From an uncultured Planctomycetia bacterium (GTDB lineage Bacteria; Omnitrophota; Gorgyraeia; Tantalellales; Tantalellaceae): a stretch of 64,000 bases of DNA. The DNA lies in contig CAZGQR010000004.1 in assembly GCA_964527765.1 (NCBI GenBank), positions 64,083-128,082 of the forward strand, given 5' to 3'. The translations under genes were made by a program, and so were the position numbers. Shown piece by piece: positions 9,648 through 18,796 of this stretch. Numbering within the stretch: the stretch's first letter is position 1; each line of letters opens with the position of its first letter. The notes below the pieces were generated by a model. That model had not been told where the DNA came from, searched no databases, and saw only the letters and a list, made by a program, of their open reading frames with translations.

Positions 9648-10409
9648 ATGCCGGATACGTTTGCCATTACCATACTTTTTATCGTTGTCTGCACCGTGGC
9701 AGGCGCTTTTGTAAAGGGCCGGACGAAAGATCTGTGTCTTCGGGATTTTTCCGGGTACTCCGTGACTCTTGAGAAGACCGGCGGCAAGGTCGTCTGGGGA
9801 AAGCTGCGCGTCGAGAATTCGGCGCTTGAGCTCGTCTATCCGGAACCTTATACGGATGAAAAGGACAAGCACACAGAGACAAGCTACATCCTCTATAAAA
9901 GCGAATACGGGCAGATGAAAGCCCTCGTGCGGTATATCGACGACCTTGATCCGGAGCGCGCGAAGGCGCGCGAAAAAGACCTTAAAAAGACGCGCTATCC
10001 TCACTGGTCTTCGCGCCTCATGCGGAGGGGGCGTAATTTTTTCGGGACGGTCCGCGATTCGCTTCTGGAAGTCGCGAATCTTTTTATGGGACGCGTCAAG
10101 TCGGCGATGCCCGCGGGCAAGATGCTGCAGGGGCAGGATAAATACGTTTCACAGCTTCAGCAGCAGGCAGCTGCGGCGATGCAGACATCCTATGAACCGA
10201 CGCTGGAGAGGTATATAGGTAAGGAAGTCGTCCTGGCTGTCATGCAGGACGGCAACAAGACGGAATACGCGGGCATTCTCAAGGACTATACGACGGAATT
10301 CATTGAAATAATGGATACCCGGTATGCGGATGCCCTGAGGAAGGAAACCCGCAGGGCTGATCTGGTGGTCCCCAGGGCCCTGGGGATAGTGCGGCATGCG
10401 GGAGGGTAA
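9648..10409 (+). CDS. Hypothetical protein with N-terminal transmembrane anchor
   Basis: Hydrophobic N-terminus (ITILFIVVCTVAGAF). No recognisable motifs. Lies 16 nt after glgC, probably co-transcribed. Confidence 0.4.
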   Translation: MPDTFAITILFIVVCTVAGAFVKGRTKDLCLRDFSGYSVTLEKTGGKVVWGKLRVENSALELVYPEPYTDEKDKHTETSYILYKSEYGQMKALVRYIDDLDPERAKAREKDLKKTRYPHWSSRLMRRGRNFFGTVRDSLLEVANLFMGRVKSAMPAGKMLQGQDKYVSQLQQQAAAAMQTSYEPTLERYIGKEVVLAVMQDGNKTEYAGILKDYTTEFIEIMDTRYADALRKETRRADLVVPRALGIVRHAGG

Positions 10410-10415
10410 GACATA

Positions 10416-10988
10416 ATGAAGGTGCTTGGAATAAGCGGCAGCCCCAGGACCGGCGGGAACACGGATATCCTGCTTGAGAAAGCTCTTGAAGGAGCCGCCT
10501 CCTGCGGAGCGGAGACGGAAAAGATCATCCTGAACGAGCTTGAGATCGCGCCCTGCCAGCAGCAGGAATACGAGAATGTCAATGACGAGGGCCTCTCCGT
10601 GGTAGATGACGACATTCAGATCATATTCAGGAAGATAAAGGAGAGCGGGGCCCTCATTCTGGCATCGCCCATATTTTTCGGGAGTCTTTCCGCGCAGACC
10701 AAGACGATGATAGACCGTTTCCAGTGCGTGTGGCTGGCGAAGAATATACTGAAAAAGGATGTATTCACCGGAAAGATAGCAGGCGGTTTTATCTGCGTCG
10801 AGGCTACCCTGCGTGAAGATTTTTTTGACAACGCGAGATCGATCGTCAGGCATTTCTTTGCCACCATCGGGGTATCTTACAGAGGGGAAGTTTTTTGCCC
10901 GGGCCTGGATAAAAAGGGAAAAGTGCTGGAGCATCCCGGATGTCTTGAGAGCGCGCTCGAATTAGGCAGAAAAATAGCGGCCGGATAA
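10416..10988 (+). CDS. Flavodoxin-like NADPH-dependent FMN reductase / iron-sulfur flavoprotein family
   Basis: MKVLGISGSPRTGGNTDILL N-terminal FMN-binding loop typical of the FMN_red family. Confidence 0.65.
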   Translation: MKVLGISGSPRTGGNTDILLEKALEGAASCGAETEKIILNELEIAPCQQQEYENVNDEGLSVVDDDIQIIFRKIKESGALILASPIFFGSLSAQTKTMIDRFQCVWLAKNILKKDVFTGKIAGGFICVEATLREDFFDNARSIVRHFFATIGVSYRGEVFCPGLDKKGKVLEHPGCLESALELGRKIAAG

Positions 10989-11003
10989 TAGAAAAGGAAA
11001 AAA

Positions 11004-11519
11004 ATGGACGTGTTGTTGGTCAGTGACATGCTTAAGGATTTTATGACCCCGAAAGGCGCGTTGTATTGCGGGGCTGAAGCCAGGAAAATAATACCGTTCA
11101 TCGCGCAAAAAATAGACAAGTGCAGGGAATCCGATTGCAAGGTCATCTACGTATGCGATGCCCACAGAACCGATGACAAGGAATTTAAAATGTTCAACCC
11201 CCATTGCGTTGAAGGCACCGAAGGGGCTCAGATCATAGAAGAGTTAAAACCTCAGGACGAAGATATTATCGTGAAAAAGACCACATACAGCGCTTTCTAC
11301 GGGACCGAGCTGGAAAAGATCCTAAAGGAACTTGCCCCGGGAACCGTTTATGTCGCAGGTGTGTGCACCTCTATTTGCGTCATGGACATGGTGGGGGGAT
11401 TAGGGAACAGAGGGTACAGGACGGTCGTTTACAGGGACGGGGTCGCGGATTTTGACACGGAAGCCCACGAGTTCGCCTTGAAGAGAATGAAGGATATCTA
11501 CGGCGCAGAAATAGTGTAA
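11004..11519 (+). CDS. pncA: Isochorismatase-family cysteine hydrolase, probable nicotinamidase
   Basis: VCDAH...D, the K residue and the catalytic Cys in VAGVCTSICVMD (D-K-C triad arrangement). Adjacent to a nicotinate phosphoribosyltransferase-like gene. Confidence 0.6.
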   Translation: MDVLLVSDMLKDFMTPKGALYCGAEARKIIPFIAQKIDKCRESDCKVIYVCDAHRTDDKEFKMFNPHCVEGTEGAQIIEELKPQDEDIIVKKTTYSAFYGTELEKILKELAPGTVYVAGVCTSICVMDMVGGLGNRGYRTVVYRDGVADFDTEAHEFALKRMKDIYGAEIV

Positions 11520-11542
11520 TGCCGTTTATGAAGGGGTAAGCT

Positions 11543-12604
11543 ATGGTGAGGTGGCAATACGGCAAGAGACTTCCACCGGCGGTCTTTGATATACCGGTGA
11601 AAAAAATAAAGAGCGGCTGGTATAGCGACAAGTATTTTGTCCGCACGAAAAAGATCCTTGAAAAGGATAATAACCACAGGAAAGTCATGATGCAGGTGTT
11701 CTGCAGGAAGGACGCGGTGGTATGCGGCCTTGACGAAGCCATTGCCGTGCTCAAACTTTGCGCCGACAGGCCCGAGGAACTGGCCATAAGGGCCCTGTAT
11801 GACGGGGATGAGGTCACCTCGGGCGAGACCGTGATGACAATAGAGGGAGACTACAGCACTTTTGCCCATCTTGAGACCGTTTATCTGGGCGTCATAGCCA
11901 GGCCCACAGCCATAGCGACGGCGGTCAAAAAGGTCGTTAAAGCCGCTAAGGATAAGAAGGTCCTGTTCTTTCCGGCGAGATTCGACCATTACCGCGTCCA
12001 GACCACCGACGGATATGCCGCTTTTATTTCCGGCGCCCTGGGCGTTTCGACGGATGCACAGGGGTTATGGTGGGGGGAGAAAGGCCTGGGGACCGTGCCG
12101 CACGGCCTGATAGCCGCTTATAACGGCGATACGGTCAAGGCGGCCGTTGCTTTTGATAAGTACATGCCGAAAAATATCCAGCGCGTCGTTCTCGTTGATT
12201 TTGATAATGATTGCATAGGGACCTCCCTCAAGGTGGCCGAGGCGCTCGGCAGGCGCCTGTGGGGGGTCCGTTTTGATACGGCGGAGGACGTGAGGGACAA
12301 GTCCGTCAAGGGCCGGGGTAAAGATTCCTACGGCGTGTGCCCGGAACTTGTTTTCAAGGCAAGGGAGGCCTTCGACAGGCGCGGGTTCGATTATGTGAAA
12401 ATAATCATCTCCAGCGGGTTCAATGAGGAGAAGATAAAGAGGTTTATAAAGCTGAAAGTCCCGTTTGATGCGGTTGGTGTCGGCTCGGCCCTCATGAGAG
12501 AAAAGGTAGATTTTACGGCGGATATCGTAAGAGTGAACGGAAAAGCGCTTTCTAAAGTAGGCAGGAGGCGGGAACCGAATCCGAGACTGAAGCCGGTCAA
12601 GTAA
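11543..12604 (+). CDS. pncB: Nicotinate phosphoribosyltransferase-like (type II PRTase)
   Basis: N-terminal YSDKYF..T..IL block and C-terminal GVGSAL are typical of NAPRTase and type II PRTases. Context with the nicotinamidase supports an NAD salvage pair. Confidence 0.5.
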   Translation: MVRWQYGKRLPPAVFDIPVKKIKSGWYSDKYFVRTKKILEKDNNHRKVMMQVFCRKDAVVCGLDEAIAVLKLCADRPEELAIRALYDGDEVTSGETVMTIEGDYSTFAHLETVYLGVIARPTAIATAVKKVVKAAKDKKVLFFPARFDHYRVQTTDGYAAFISGALGVSTDAQGLWWGEKGLGTVPHGLIAAYNGDTVKAAVAFDKYMPKNIQRVVLVDFDNDCIGTSLKVAEALGRRLWGVRFDTAEDVRDKSVKGRGKDSYGVCPELVFKAREAFDRRGFDYVKIIISSGFNEEKIKRFIKLKVPFDAVGVGSALMREKVDFTADIVRVNGKALSKVGRRREPNPRLKPVK

Positions 12605-13862
12605 GCACGTGGGGCGGAGGACCGGATTTTTCATTCGCGAGACAGAGAGTTTTAAACAAAAGTCCGGCGTTTATCCAGAAGAATATACTTAAATCCCAGC
12701 CGCCGATCAGAGTTACCGCCGTAGTATTGTATATGAAGGTGAAAACCACGACAGCTAAAAAGAAAAATATTTGCGGGATAAGCGATCTTTTCTGCGCGTC
12801 AATATGTTTCATCATTACCCCGACCCCGACCCAATAACATGTTATAAAGGTAAGAAAACCGCCCAGCCCGATCAGTCCGGCCTCGCCCAGAACTTCAAGC
12901 AATATATTATGCGCGTCCTGTCCCGGGGGTGTCAGATAAAGCGGCAAGCAGTCCGGTCCAACCCCGACGAAAGGATGTTCGCGAAATATGCTGAATACCT
13001 GGATCCATAACGACTCGCGGTTCGCCAGATCAAACTGGACCAGGAGTTGCAGTCTTCCCAGGATCTGCGGGAATTTAAACATGAAAATTCCAAACAAAAA
13101 GACAATAATGAAAATATATGTCCCCAGATAAGAGAAGATCTTCCGTATCCCGGAGAGCTTTAACAGGTAAATCACGGATACAATAACCACACCCCCCGCA
13201 ACGAGCGATAACCAGCTTCCCCTGGAATAAGTCAAGATCAGGACAGGGAAAAAGATCAGGGAAAGAAGCAGTGCGTATCCGCGGCAGTTTTTTCTCTCGC
13301 AGACCAGCCCCAGAGATATGATCCCTAAAAGAAGGCTTCCGATGTATCCTCCAAGCTGATTGTAATGTCCGAACGGCCCGCTTAGTGCGTTTATGATATA
13401 TGTTTCCTTTGTGGAAGCCAGAGGATACGCTTTGATAATATCCACGCCTTTTATATATTGATAACCGCAGTCGATCACTACAAATAATGCAGCGATGATC
13501 ATCATGGATATTATGCGTTCGATCTTTGCCGGGGTATCCACCGTCCCCCATATACTTAAAAAGATAAAACCATAAAAGATAAAACGCGTGAAGAAATATT
13601 CCTGGGAGACGTCAAAATTCCTGCTGAACAGCAGGGCGATCAAAAATGAGCCGAAAAAAGCAAGTAAGGGCCATCTGAGGGGGGATCCGAACAGCGAAAA
13701 CGGGCTTCGCAGAAGAAAGACAAGCAGGGAGCTCAGACATAACATGTAAACAAAGAACTTTGTCAGATTTTTATCGAAAGGCAGAAAAAGCGCTACAAGG
13801 CAGAGGCAGATAAAAGCACAACGTTCAAATATTGCGATCAACGACGATTTTTCTATTTTCAC
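12597..13862 (-). CDS. O-antigen ligase/polymerase-like (Wzy_C domain) polytopic membrane protein
   Basis: About 10-12 predicted TM helices. Wzy_C-type motif ILTYSRGSWLSLVAGG. The only gene on the - strand; its 3' end overlaps the pncB-like 3' end by 8 nt (convergent). Confidence 0.65.
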   Translation of the reverse strand: MKIEKSSLIAIFERCAFICLCLVALFLPFDKNLTKFFVYMLCLSSLLVFLLRSPFSLFGSPLRWPLLAFFGSFLIALLFSRNFDVSQEYFFTRFIFYGFIFLSIWGTVDTPAKIERIISMMIIAALFVVIDCGYQYIKGVDIIKAYPLASTKETYIINALSGPFGHYNQLGGYIGSLLLGIISLGLVCERKNCRGYALLLSLIFFPVLILTYSRGSWLSLVAGGVVIVSVIYLLKLSGIRKIFSYLGTYIFIIVFLFGIFMFKFPQILGRLQLLVQFDLANRESLWIQVFSIFREHPFVGVGPDCLPLYLTPPGQDAHNILLEVLGEAGLIGLGGFLTFITCYWVGVGVMMKHIDAQKRSLIPQIFFFLAVVVFTFIYNTTAVTLIGGWDLSIFFWINAGLLFKTLCLANEKSGPPPHVLT

Positions 13863-13924
13863 AATAAAAGCAGTATATCACACTTTTTTGCAATAATAAA
13901 TGTTGCAAATTTTTACGCTTCCTA

Positions 13925-13953
13925 TTGTAAGTTCAGCACCGGTATGATACAAT
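13925..13953 (+). promoter_or_regulatory. σ70-like promoter candidate with extended -10 (TTGTAA-17 nt-TGaTACAAT) for the PurF-like gene
   Basis: TTGTAA 13925-13930. TG at 13945-13946. TACAAT 13948-13953. Leaves an untranslated leader of about 90 nt before ATG 14049. Confidence 0.45.
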
Positions 13954-14048
13954 ACGTCTTTGCTGTTCGTCGTTACTGTTTTAGGTCCGTTTCATATCCA
14001 TGTCCTTAATTATCTATTGGAGCTTTTTTAACGGGAGGTCAGCTTAAG

Positions 14049-15506
14049 ATGAGCGGGATTTTTGGAGTAGTTTCCAGGGGGAATTGCGCGGAGACGTTAT
14101 TATACGGCACGGATTATCATTCGCATCTGGGCACGGAATACGGAGGCGTAGCCGTGCTGGGGGATGATTTTCAGCGGCAGATCCACAGTATCAGCCAGAG
14201 CCAGTTCAAATCCAAGTTCTATGAAGACTGCAGGCGGATGTCCGGCAACAAGGGTATAGGCGTCATCTCGGACAGCAATGAGCAGCCCATCTTTCTTAAT
14301 TCAAAATTCGGGCCGTTCTGTATCGTTACCGGCGGACTCATAGAAAACAGCGAAGAACTGACGAAAGAACTGCTCGCCAAGGGCGTTTCCTTTAGCGAGA
14401 TGAGCAAGGCGACGGTCAACGTGACGGAACTGATAGCAAAGCTGATCAACCAGGGGAATGACCTGATAGACGGCATTGAAAAGATGTTCGATAAAATAGA
14501 AGGTTCCTGCTCGCTGCTGTTGCTGAACAGGGAAGGTGTCTATGCTGCCAGGGACCGCCTGGGATATACGCCCCTTGTCGTCGGGAAGAGAGAAGACGCG
14601 TGGGCAGTGACTTCCGAGACATCAGCTTTTCCCAATAACAGGTTTGAGATAGTGAAGTATCTTGAACCCGGAGAGATAGTCGTGATCAACGAGCAGGGCA
14701 TGGTGCAGAAAAGAGGCGGGGGCGACAGGAACCAGATATGCGCCTTTTTATGGTTATATACCGGTTTTCCCGCCTCGAATTATGAGGGGATCAACGTGGA
14801 AACGGTAAGGGAGAAGTGCGGCAGGTATCTGGCGCAGAAAGACAAAGATATTGAAGTGGATATGGTTTCCGGGATACCCGATTCGGGAGTAGCTCACGCG
14901 CTCGGATATGCCATGGAGTCCGGCAAGCCCTTAAGGAGGCCGCTGGTAAAATACACTCCCGGATACGGCCGAAGTTACACTCCGCCATCACAGGAGACCC
15001 GCGATCTGGTCGCCACCATGAAACTCATCCCCATAAAGGATATAATCAAGGGCAACAGGATCGTCGTATGCGAGGATTCCATAGTAAGGGGGACGCAGTT
15101 AAAGAACTTCACGGTGAATAAATTATGGGAATGCGGCGCCAAGGAGATTCACGTCAGACCCGCATGCCCGCCGCTCATGTTCCCGTGCAAGTTCTGCCTG
15201 TCCACGCGGAGCATCCATGAACTTGCCGCCCGAAAGGCCATCCGGGACCTGGAAGGGCACGACATAGAGGATGTATCGGAATACGCCGACCATAATACGG
15301 AAAAGTACAAGAAGATGGTGAAGTGGATCGCCGATGACCTGGGCGTGACCACCCTCAGATATCAGACGCTCGATGATATGGTCAAAGCCATCGGTTTGCC
15401 GAAAGAGAAGCTGTGCCATTATTGCTGGACCGGCGAAAGCCCCGATCCGGAGCATAAGCCAAAAAATACGGGCAAGATGAGACAGAAAGTATCCCACGGC
15501 TCGTAA
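14049..15506 (+). CDS. Amidophosphoribosyltransferase (PurF)-family protein with Ser replacing the N-terminal nucleophile Cys
   Basis: MSGIFGV N-terminus (canonical PurF is MCGIxG). PRTase block VCEDSIVRGTQ. ACPPLMFPCKFC cysteine cluster reminiscent of Fe-S PurF enzymes. GGGAGG RBS. Extended -10 promoter upstream. Confidence 0.7.
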   Translation: MSGIFGVVSRGNCAETLLYGTDYHSHLGTEYGGVAVLGDDFQRQIHSISQSQFKSKFYEDCRRMSGNKGIGVISDSNEQPIFLNSKFGPFCIVTGGLIENSEELTKELLAKGVSFSEMSKATVNVTELIAKLINQGNDLIDGIEKMFDKIEGSCSLLLLNREGVYAARDRLGYTPLVVGKREDAWAVTSETSAFPNNRFEIVKYLEPGEIVVINEQGMVQKRGGGDRNQICAFLWLYTGFPASNYEGINVETVREKCGRYLAQKDKDIEVDMVSGIPDSGVAHALGYAMESGKPLRRPLVKYTPGYGRSYTPPSQETRDLVATMKLIPIKDIIKGNRIVVCEDSIVRGTQLKNFTVNKLWECGAKEIHVRPACPPLMFPCKFCLSTRSIHELAARKAIRDLEGHDIEDVSEYADHNTEKYKKMVKWIADDLGVTTLRYQTLDDMVKAIGLPKEKLCHYCWTGESPDPEHKPKNTGKMRQKVSHGS

Positions 15507-15567
15507 TCCGGACCTCACAGCTTTTAACCTGTGCAAAATCAGAAACACCGAAAGGGAGAACTTCGCT

Positions 15568-16335
15568 TTGAGAAAAGCCGCGATGATCTGTTTGCTGCTT
15601 TCAGCGCTGATAAGCTGTCCTTCAAGTTCAGCCGCGGAGGGCGATGTATTCAGGACCGGCTATGTGTGTTTTGACCTGGAAGGAAATGAACGGTGGAGCG
15701 CCGAGACGGAAATAACACGCTCCGAAAGCGGCAGAAAAGACGTCTATACGCTGACGGAAAAGGGTAAAGGTTACTACAGCGGTTTTAAGGATAAAGTTTC
15801 ATGGACAGCCGTGCTGGAATTTGAAAGCAATGATAGACGGGTCAGGCCTCTCAGGATGGAGAAGCGGACGTTCAGTGAAGAAGGGGGACCGATCGCCCTG
15901 GAGATCCAGGAATTTGATTTCACGGATGAAAGGGTGACCTGTATCCACGAGGACCTCTCCGGCGGCACCAGGCGGGAAAAGGCGTTCAGGATAAAGGGAG
16001 ATATAGCCAACCGGCTTATACTTGGCCTGTATGTCCAGAAGTTCCTGGAAAATGCGATACGCCGGCGGGAGATCTACATGCTGAGCAGCGAACCCCGGCT
16101 TTACAGGATAGACATAAAGGTGGTCGGCGAGGAAGAACTTGATATCAACGGACGGGAAAGAGCGGCTTATAAATTGTGCCTGGATCCGGACCTGGGCCTG
16201 TTCAACATGCTCAAAGTCGTTCTCCCCAAGGCGTACGCCTGGCATTCGGCCGTGCCGAAATTCGAATGGCTGAAATACGTCGGGCTGGAGGGGAGCGTTT
16301 CCTCCCCGAAAGTGGAGATCAGGACACTGGAGTAG
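15568..16335 (+). CDS. Secreted hypothetical protein
   Basis: Signal peptide MRKAAMICLLLSALISCPSSSAAEG. No recognisable catalytic motifs. Confidence 0.4.
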   Translation: MRKAAMICLLLSALISCPSSSAAEGDVFRTGYVCFDLEGNERWSAETEITRSESGRKDVYTLTEKGKGYYSGFKDKVSWTAVLEFESNDRRVRPLRMEKRTFSEEGGPIALEIQEFDFTDERVTCIHEDLSGGTRREKAFRIKGDIANRLILGLYVQKFLENAIRRREIYMLSSEPRLYRIDIKVVGEEELDINGRERAAYKLCLDPDLGLFNMLKVVLPKAYAWHSAVPKFEWLKYVGLEGSVSSPKVEIRTLE

Positions 16336-16339
16336 ATAT

Positions 16340-17674
16340 ATGGCGAAAAATATCATTCCGGAGAAGTTCCGCGGCGAGTACGAAGTCGAATTAAGCCGGC
16401 TTTTTCATTTCCGCATAAACCTTTTCTGCTACATAGCGATCTTCGCGTTCTCGCTCGAGGTGATACTCGGTCTTATTTTTTTCAGAAAACTCCTGAGCGT
16501 AAAAGATATGCCCGGGATCATAGGGGGGACGCTGTTCTCCGTGCTATTGCTCATAGCGGGAAGGGCCTTCAGATCGCTTCGCTTTCAGAAGGCCAGGGCC
16601 TTCTTTTTCACTTTCCTGCTGATACTAATAGCCGTTCTTGCCGCCACGGCCCATCCCGAGGTCATATCTTATATGGGGATCACGCTGGTCCTGCTGGCAT
16701 TCTTTTCGAGCGTGCTTCTTCTGCCGTGGACCTGGCTGGAAGCGTCGGTAATAGGCATATTCACGCTGGTAAATTTCGCCTGGGTCTATCTGGCTGCCGG
16801 CACGTTCGTCAGCGGCGAGATCTTCGGGATCAACATCATACTGCTCGGCGTCGCTATTTTCGTGGGCGCGATCGTCAAGAGGAGCGAGGAGATACTGAGG
16901 CAGAAAAGTTTCGCGTCCCGCAAGGATATAGAGGTAAAAAACGCTATAATGGCAAAAGAGCTTGAACTGGCAAAAAGCATCCACAAGGGCCTCATGCCGA
17001 AATCCATCAGGGCCGACCTGGCGGATATCGCGGTAACGTACAAGCCGGTATTTTACATGGGCGGCGATTACGCCAAGTTCCATTTTACGGATAAGGACAA
17101 ACTGATGTTCATCCTGGCCGATATCACGGGGCACGGCGTATCGGCGGCCCTTCTGGTGAACAGGATCCATATAGAGATAGAACGGTCGATCAGGGAAAAC
17201 CTCGCTCCCGGCGAGCTACTGAAGTCCCTTAATGACTTTATAAATGAGGATTTCGGGAAGATGGGGTTTTTTCTTACCGCGTTCTGCGGACTTCTGGATT
17301 TTTCCTCTAACAAGCTGATATACTCCAATTACGGCCATCCGCCCCAGATACTGGTCCAGTCCAGAGGGAACAAGATCGTTCTCATGGAGCCGCAGACGTT
17401 CCTGATGGGAATAGGCATGGAAGCGGGAAGTGTCTATAATAATGAAGTCGGGTTCGAGAAAGGAGACCGGCTCATACTCTTTACGGACGGCGTAACAGAG
17501 GCCAAAAACCCGAAGGATGAGTTCTTCGGACACCAACGGCTCGAGGATTTTGCAAAGAACAACGCCGATCTTGACGTGGTGAAGTTCAACAGCAGGCTTG
17601 AAGAGGAGATCAGCGCCTTCCAGGCCGCCCGGCAGGATGACGATATTTTCCTTTTGACGATACAGACAAAGTGA
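16340..17674 (+). CDS. Membrane-anchored PP2C-family serine phosphatase (SpoIIE/RsbU-like)
   Basis: Five or more N-terminal TM helices. C-terminal PPM domain with GGDYAKF, ILADITGHGVSAALL and FTDGVTEA motifs. Confidence 0.75.
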   Translation: MAKNIIPEKFRGEYEVELSRLFHFRINLFCYIAIFAFSLEVILGLIFFRKLLSVKDMPGIIGGTLFSVLLLIAGRAFRSLRFQKARAFFFTFLLILIAVLAATAHPEVISYMGITLVLLAFFSSVLLLPWTWLEASVIGIFTLVNFAWVYLAAGTFVSGEIFGINIILLGVAIFVGAIVKRSEEILRQKSFASRKDIEVKNAIMAKELELAKSIHKGLMPKSIRADLADIAVTYKPVFYMGGDYAKFHFTDKDKLMFILADITGHGVSAALLVNRIHIEIERSIRENLAPGELLKSLNDFINEDFGKMGFFLTAFCGLLDFSSNKLIYSNYGHPPQILVQSRGNKIVLMEPQTFLMGIGMEAGSVYNNEVGFEKGDRLILFTDGVTEAKNPKDEFFGHQRLEDFAKNNADLDVVKFNSRLEEEISAFQAARQDDDIFLLTIQTK

Positions 17675-17720
17675 TCGCGTTACGGAATGATCTTTCCGGG
17701 GCATCAAAGAGGAGAACTAA

Positions 17721-18488
17721 ATGAGCAAAGCTAAAGATGCATACAATAAGTACTATCAGGGCCTGGAGACGCCGATCGGCGGGATCGAAAGATATGCATG
17801 GATCAACTCCGGACTTTTGGGCGCCACGACGCATAAAACTATTCTGGATGTCGGATGCGGTGAAGGTTCGCTTTTAAAGATGTTAAAGGACAAAGGCAAT
17901 GACGTTTTTGGTATAGATGCCTCTAAAGAGGGTTTTCTCGCGTGTCAAAAAAAGGGGATCGATTGCAAACTCCTCGACGCCAGCGCGGAGAGGTTTCCAT
18001 ATAATGATGATAAGTTTGATATTGCACTGTGCCTCGAAACGATAGAACACCTCGAGAACCCTTATCACTGTATATGTGAGATAAAAAGAGTCCTGAAGGA
18101 AAAGGGCACGCTTATCATCAGTATTCCGAATTTCAAGATGCTGCACCCTTATATATACCCGGGACTTTTCAAGTTTAAGCATTTCAAGGATTTCCTGGAA
18201 CTTAATTCTTTTGAAATCCTTCAGGTGAAGGGGTGGGGGCAGGTCGCGATGCTGAACAGAACCAGCAGATGGCTTAAATCAAAGAACAATGCTTTTACTC
18301 AATTCCTGTCGAAATCGATATTTTATCTGAGCAGGAAACGGAATGCCCTGATGCGGAACCATCTCGGGACCCCGCTGGCCTACAGCCATGCATGGAATTT
18401 CGTGTGTCTTAATAGTAAAAGCGACAAAAACTTACTGGAGCTGGTAGCGGACAAAACCTGTCATAGCGAAGCAAGGAAAAACGGGTGA
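17721..18488 (+). CDS. Class I SAM-dependent methyltransferase
   Basis: Motif I ILDVGCGEGSLL and post I VFGID. Confidence 0.7.
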   Translation: MSKAKDAYNKYYQGLETPIGGIERYAWINSGLLGATTHKTILDVGCGEGSLLKMLKDKGNDVFGIDASKEGFLACQKKGIDCKLLDASAERFPYNDDKFDIALCLETIEHLENPYHCICEIKRVLKEKGTLIISIPNFKMLHPYIYPGLFKFKHFKDFLELNSFEILQVKGWGQVAMLNRTSRWLKSKNNAFTQFLSKSIFYLSRKRNALMRNHLGTPLAYSHAWNFVCLNSKSDKNLLELVADKTCHSEARKNG

Positions 18489-18500
18489 GGCAGGACAAAA

Positions 18501-18536
18501 GATACCCACGCTCATGGTCCGTATCTCGTGTTTTTT
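18501..18536 (+). terminator. Weak candidate intrinsic terminator after the methyltransferase gene
   Basis: Short stems GATAC/GTATC (18501-18505 and 18521-18525) or CACG/CGTG (18507-18510 and 18527-18530), followed by TTTTTT at 18531-18536. Stems are only 4-5 bp, so this is tentative. Confidence 0.25.
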
Positions 18537-18712
18537 GCATAAAAAGGGAATCGTAAGTATAATACAAAGTTACTTTTTCACATAACTACTTTAAAATAAA
18601 GAGCTTTTCTTATCTCACCAAAAACCCACAAATACTGCAAATAACCCGGAAAATGCCCCTCAAAGTGTCAAATCCCATATAATTGTATAATGATTTTATA
18701 TGTAAAAATGTA

Positions 18713-18740
18713 TTGACATATGCTATTAAGAAGCTATAAT
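18713..18740 (+). promoter_or_regulatory. σ70-like promoter (TTGACA-16 nt-TATAAT) for the MarR-led glycan operon
   Basis: TTGACA at 18713-18718 and TATAAT at 18735-18740 inside a roughly 300 bp AT-rich intergenic region. Confidence 0.55.
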
Positions 18741-18742
18741 GT

Positions 18743-18796
18743 TGTTCAATGAATGAACATCCTTTAGGAAAGGATATTTTGTTCAATGAATGAACA
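18743..18796 (+). promoter_or_regulatory. Two direct copies of a 17-bp inverted-repeat operator TGTTCAatgaaTGAACA (18743-18759 and 18780-18796)
   Basis: Exact 17-nt duplication spaced 37 bp apart. Each copy is an inverted repeat TGTTCA-N5-TGAACA. Copy 1 abuts the -10. Copy 2 contains the regulator start codon (ATG 18786). Confidence 0.6.

Noticed and set aside
18743-18796. Possibility that the repeated 17-mer is a CRISPR-like or mobile-element repeat
   Set aside because: There are only two copies. Each is an internal inverted repeat placed exactly at the promoter and start codon of a regulator gene, and no cas or transposase genes are nearby. The operator interpretation is far more parsimonious.
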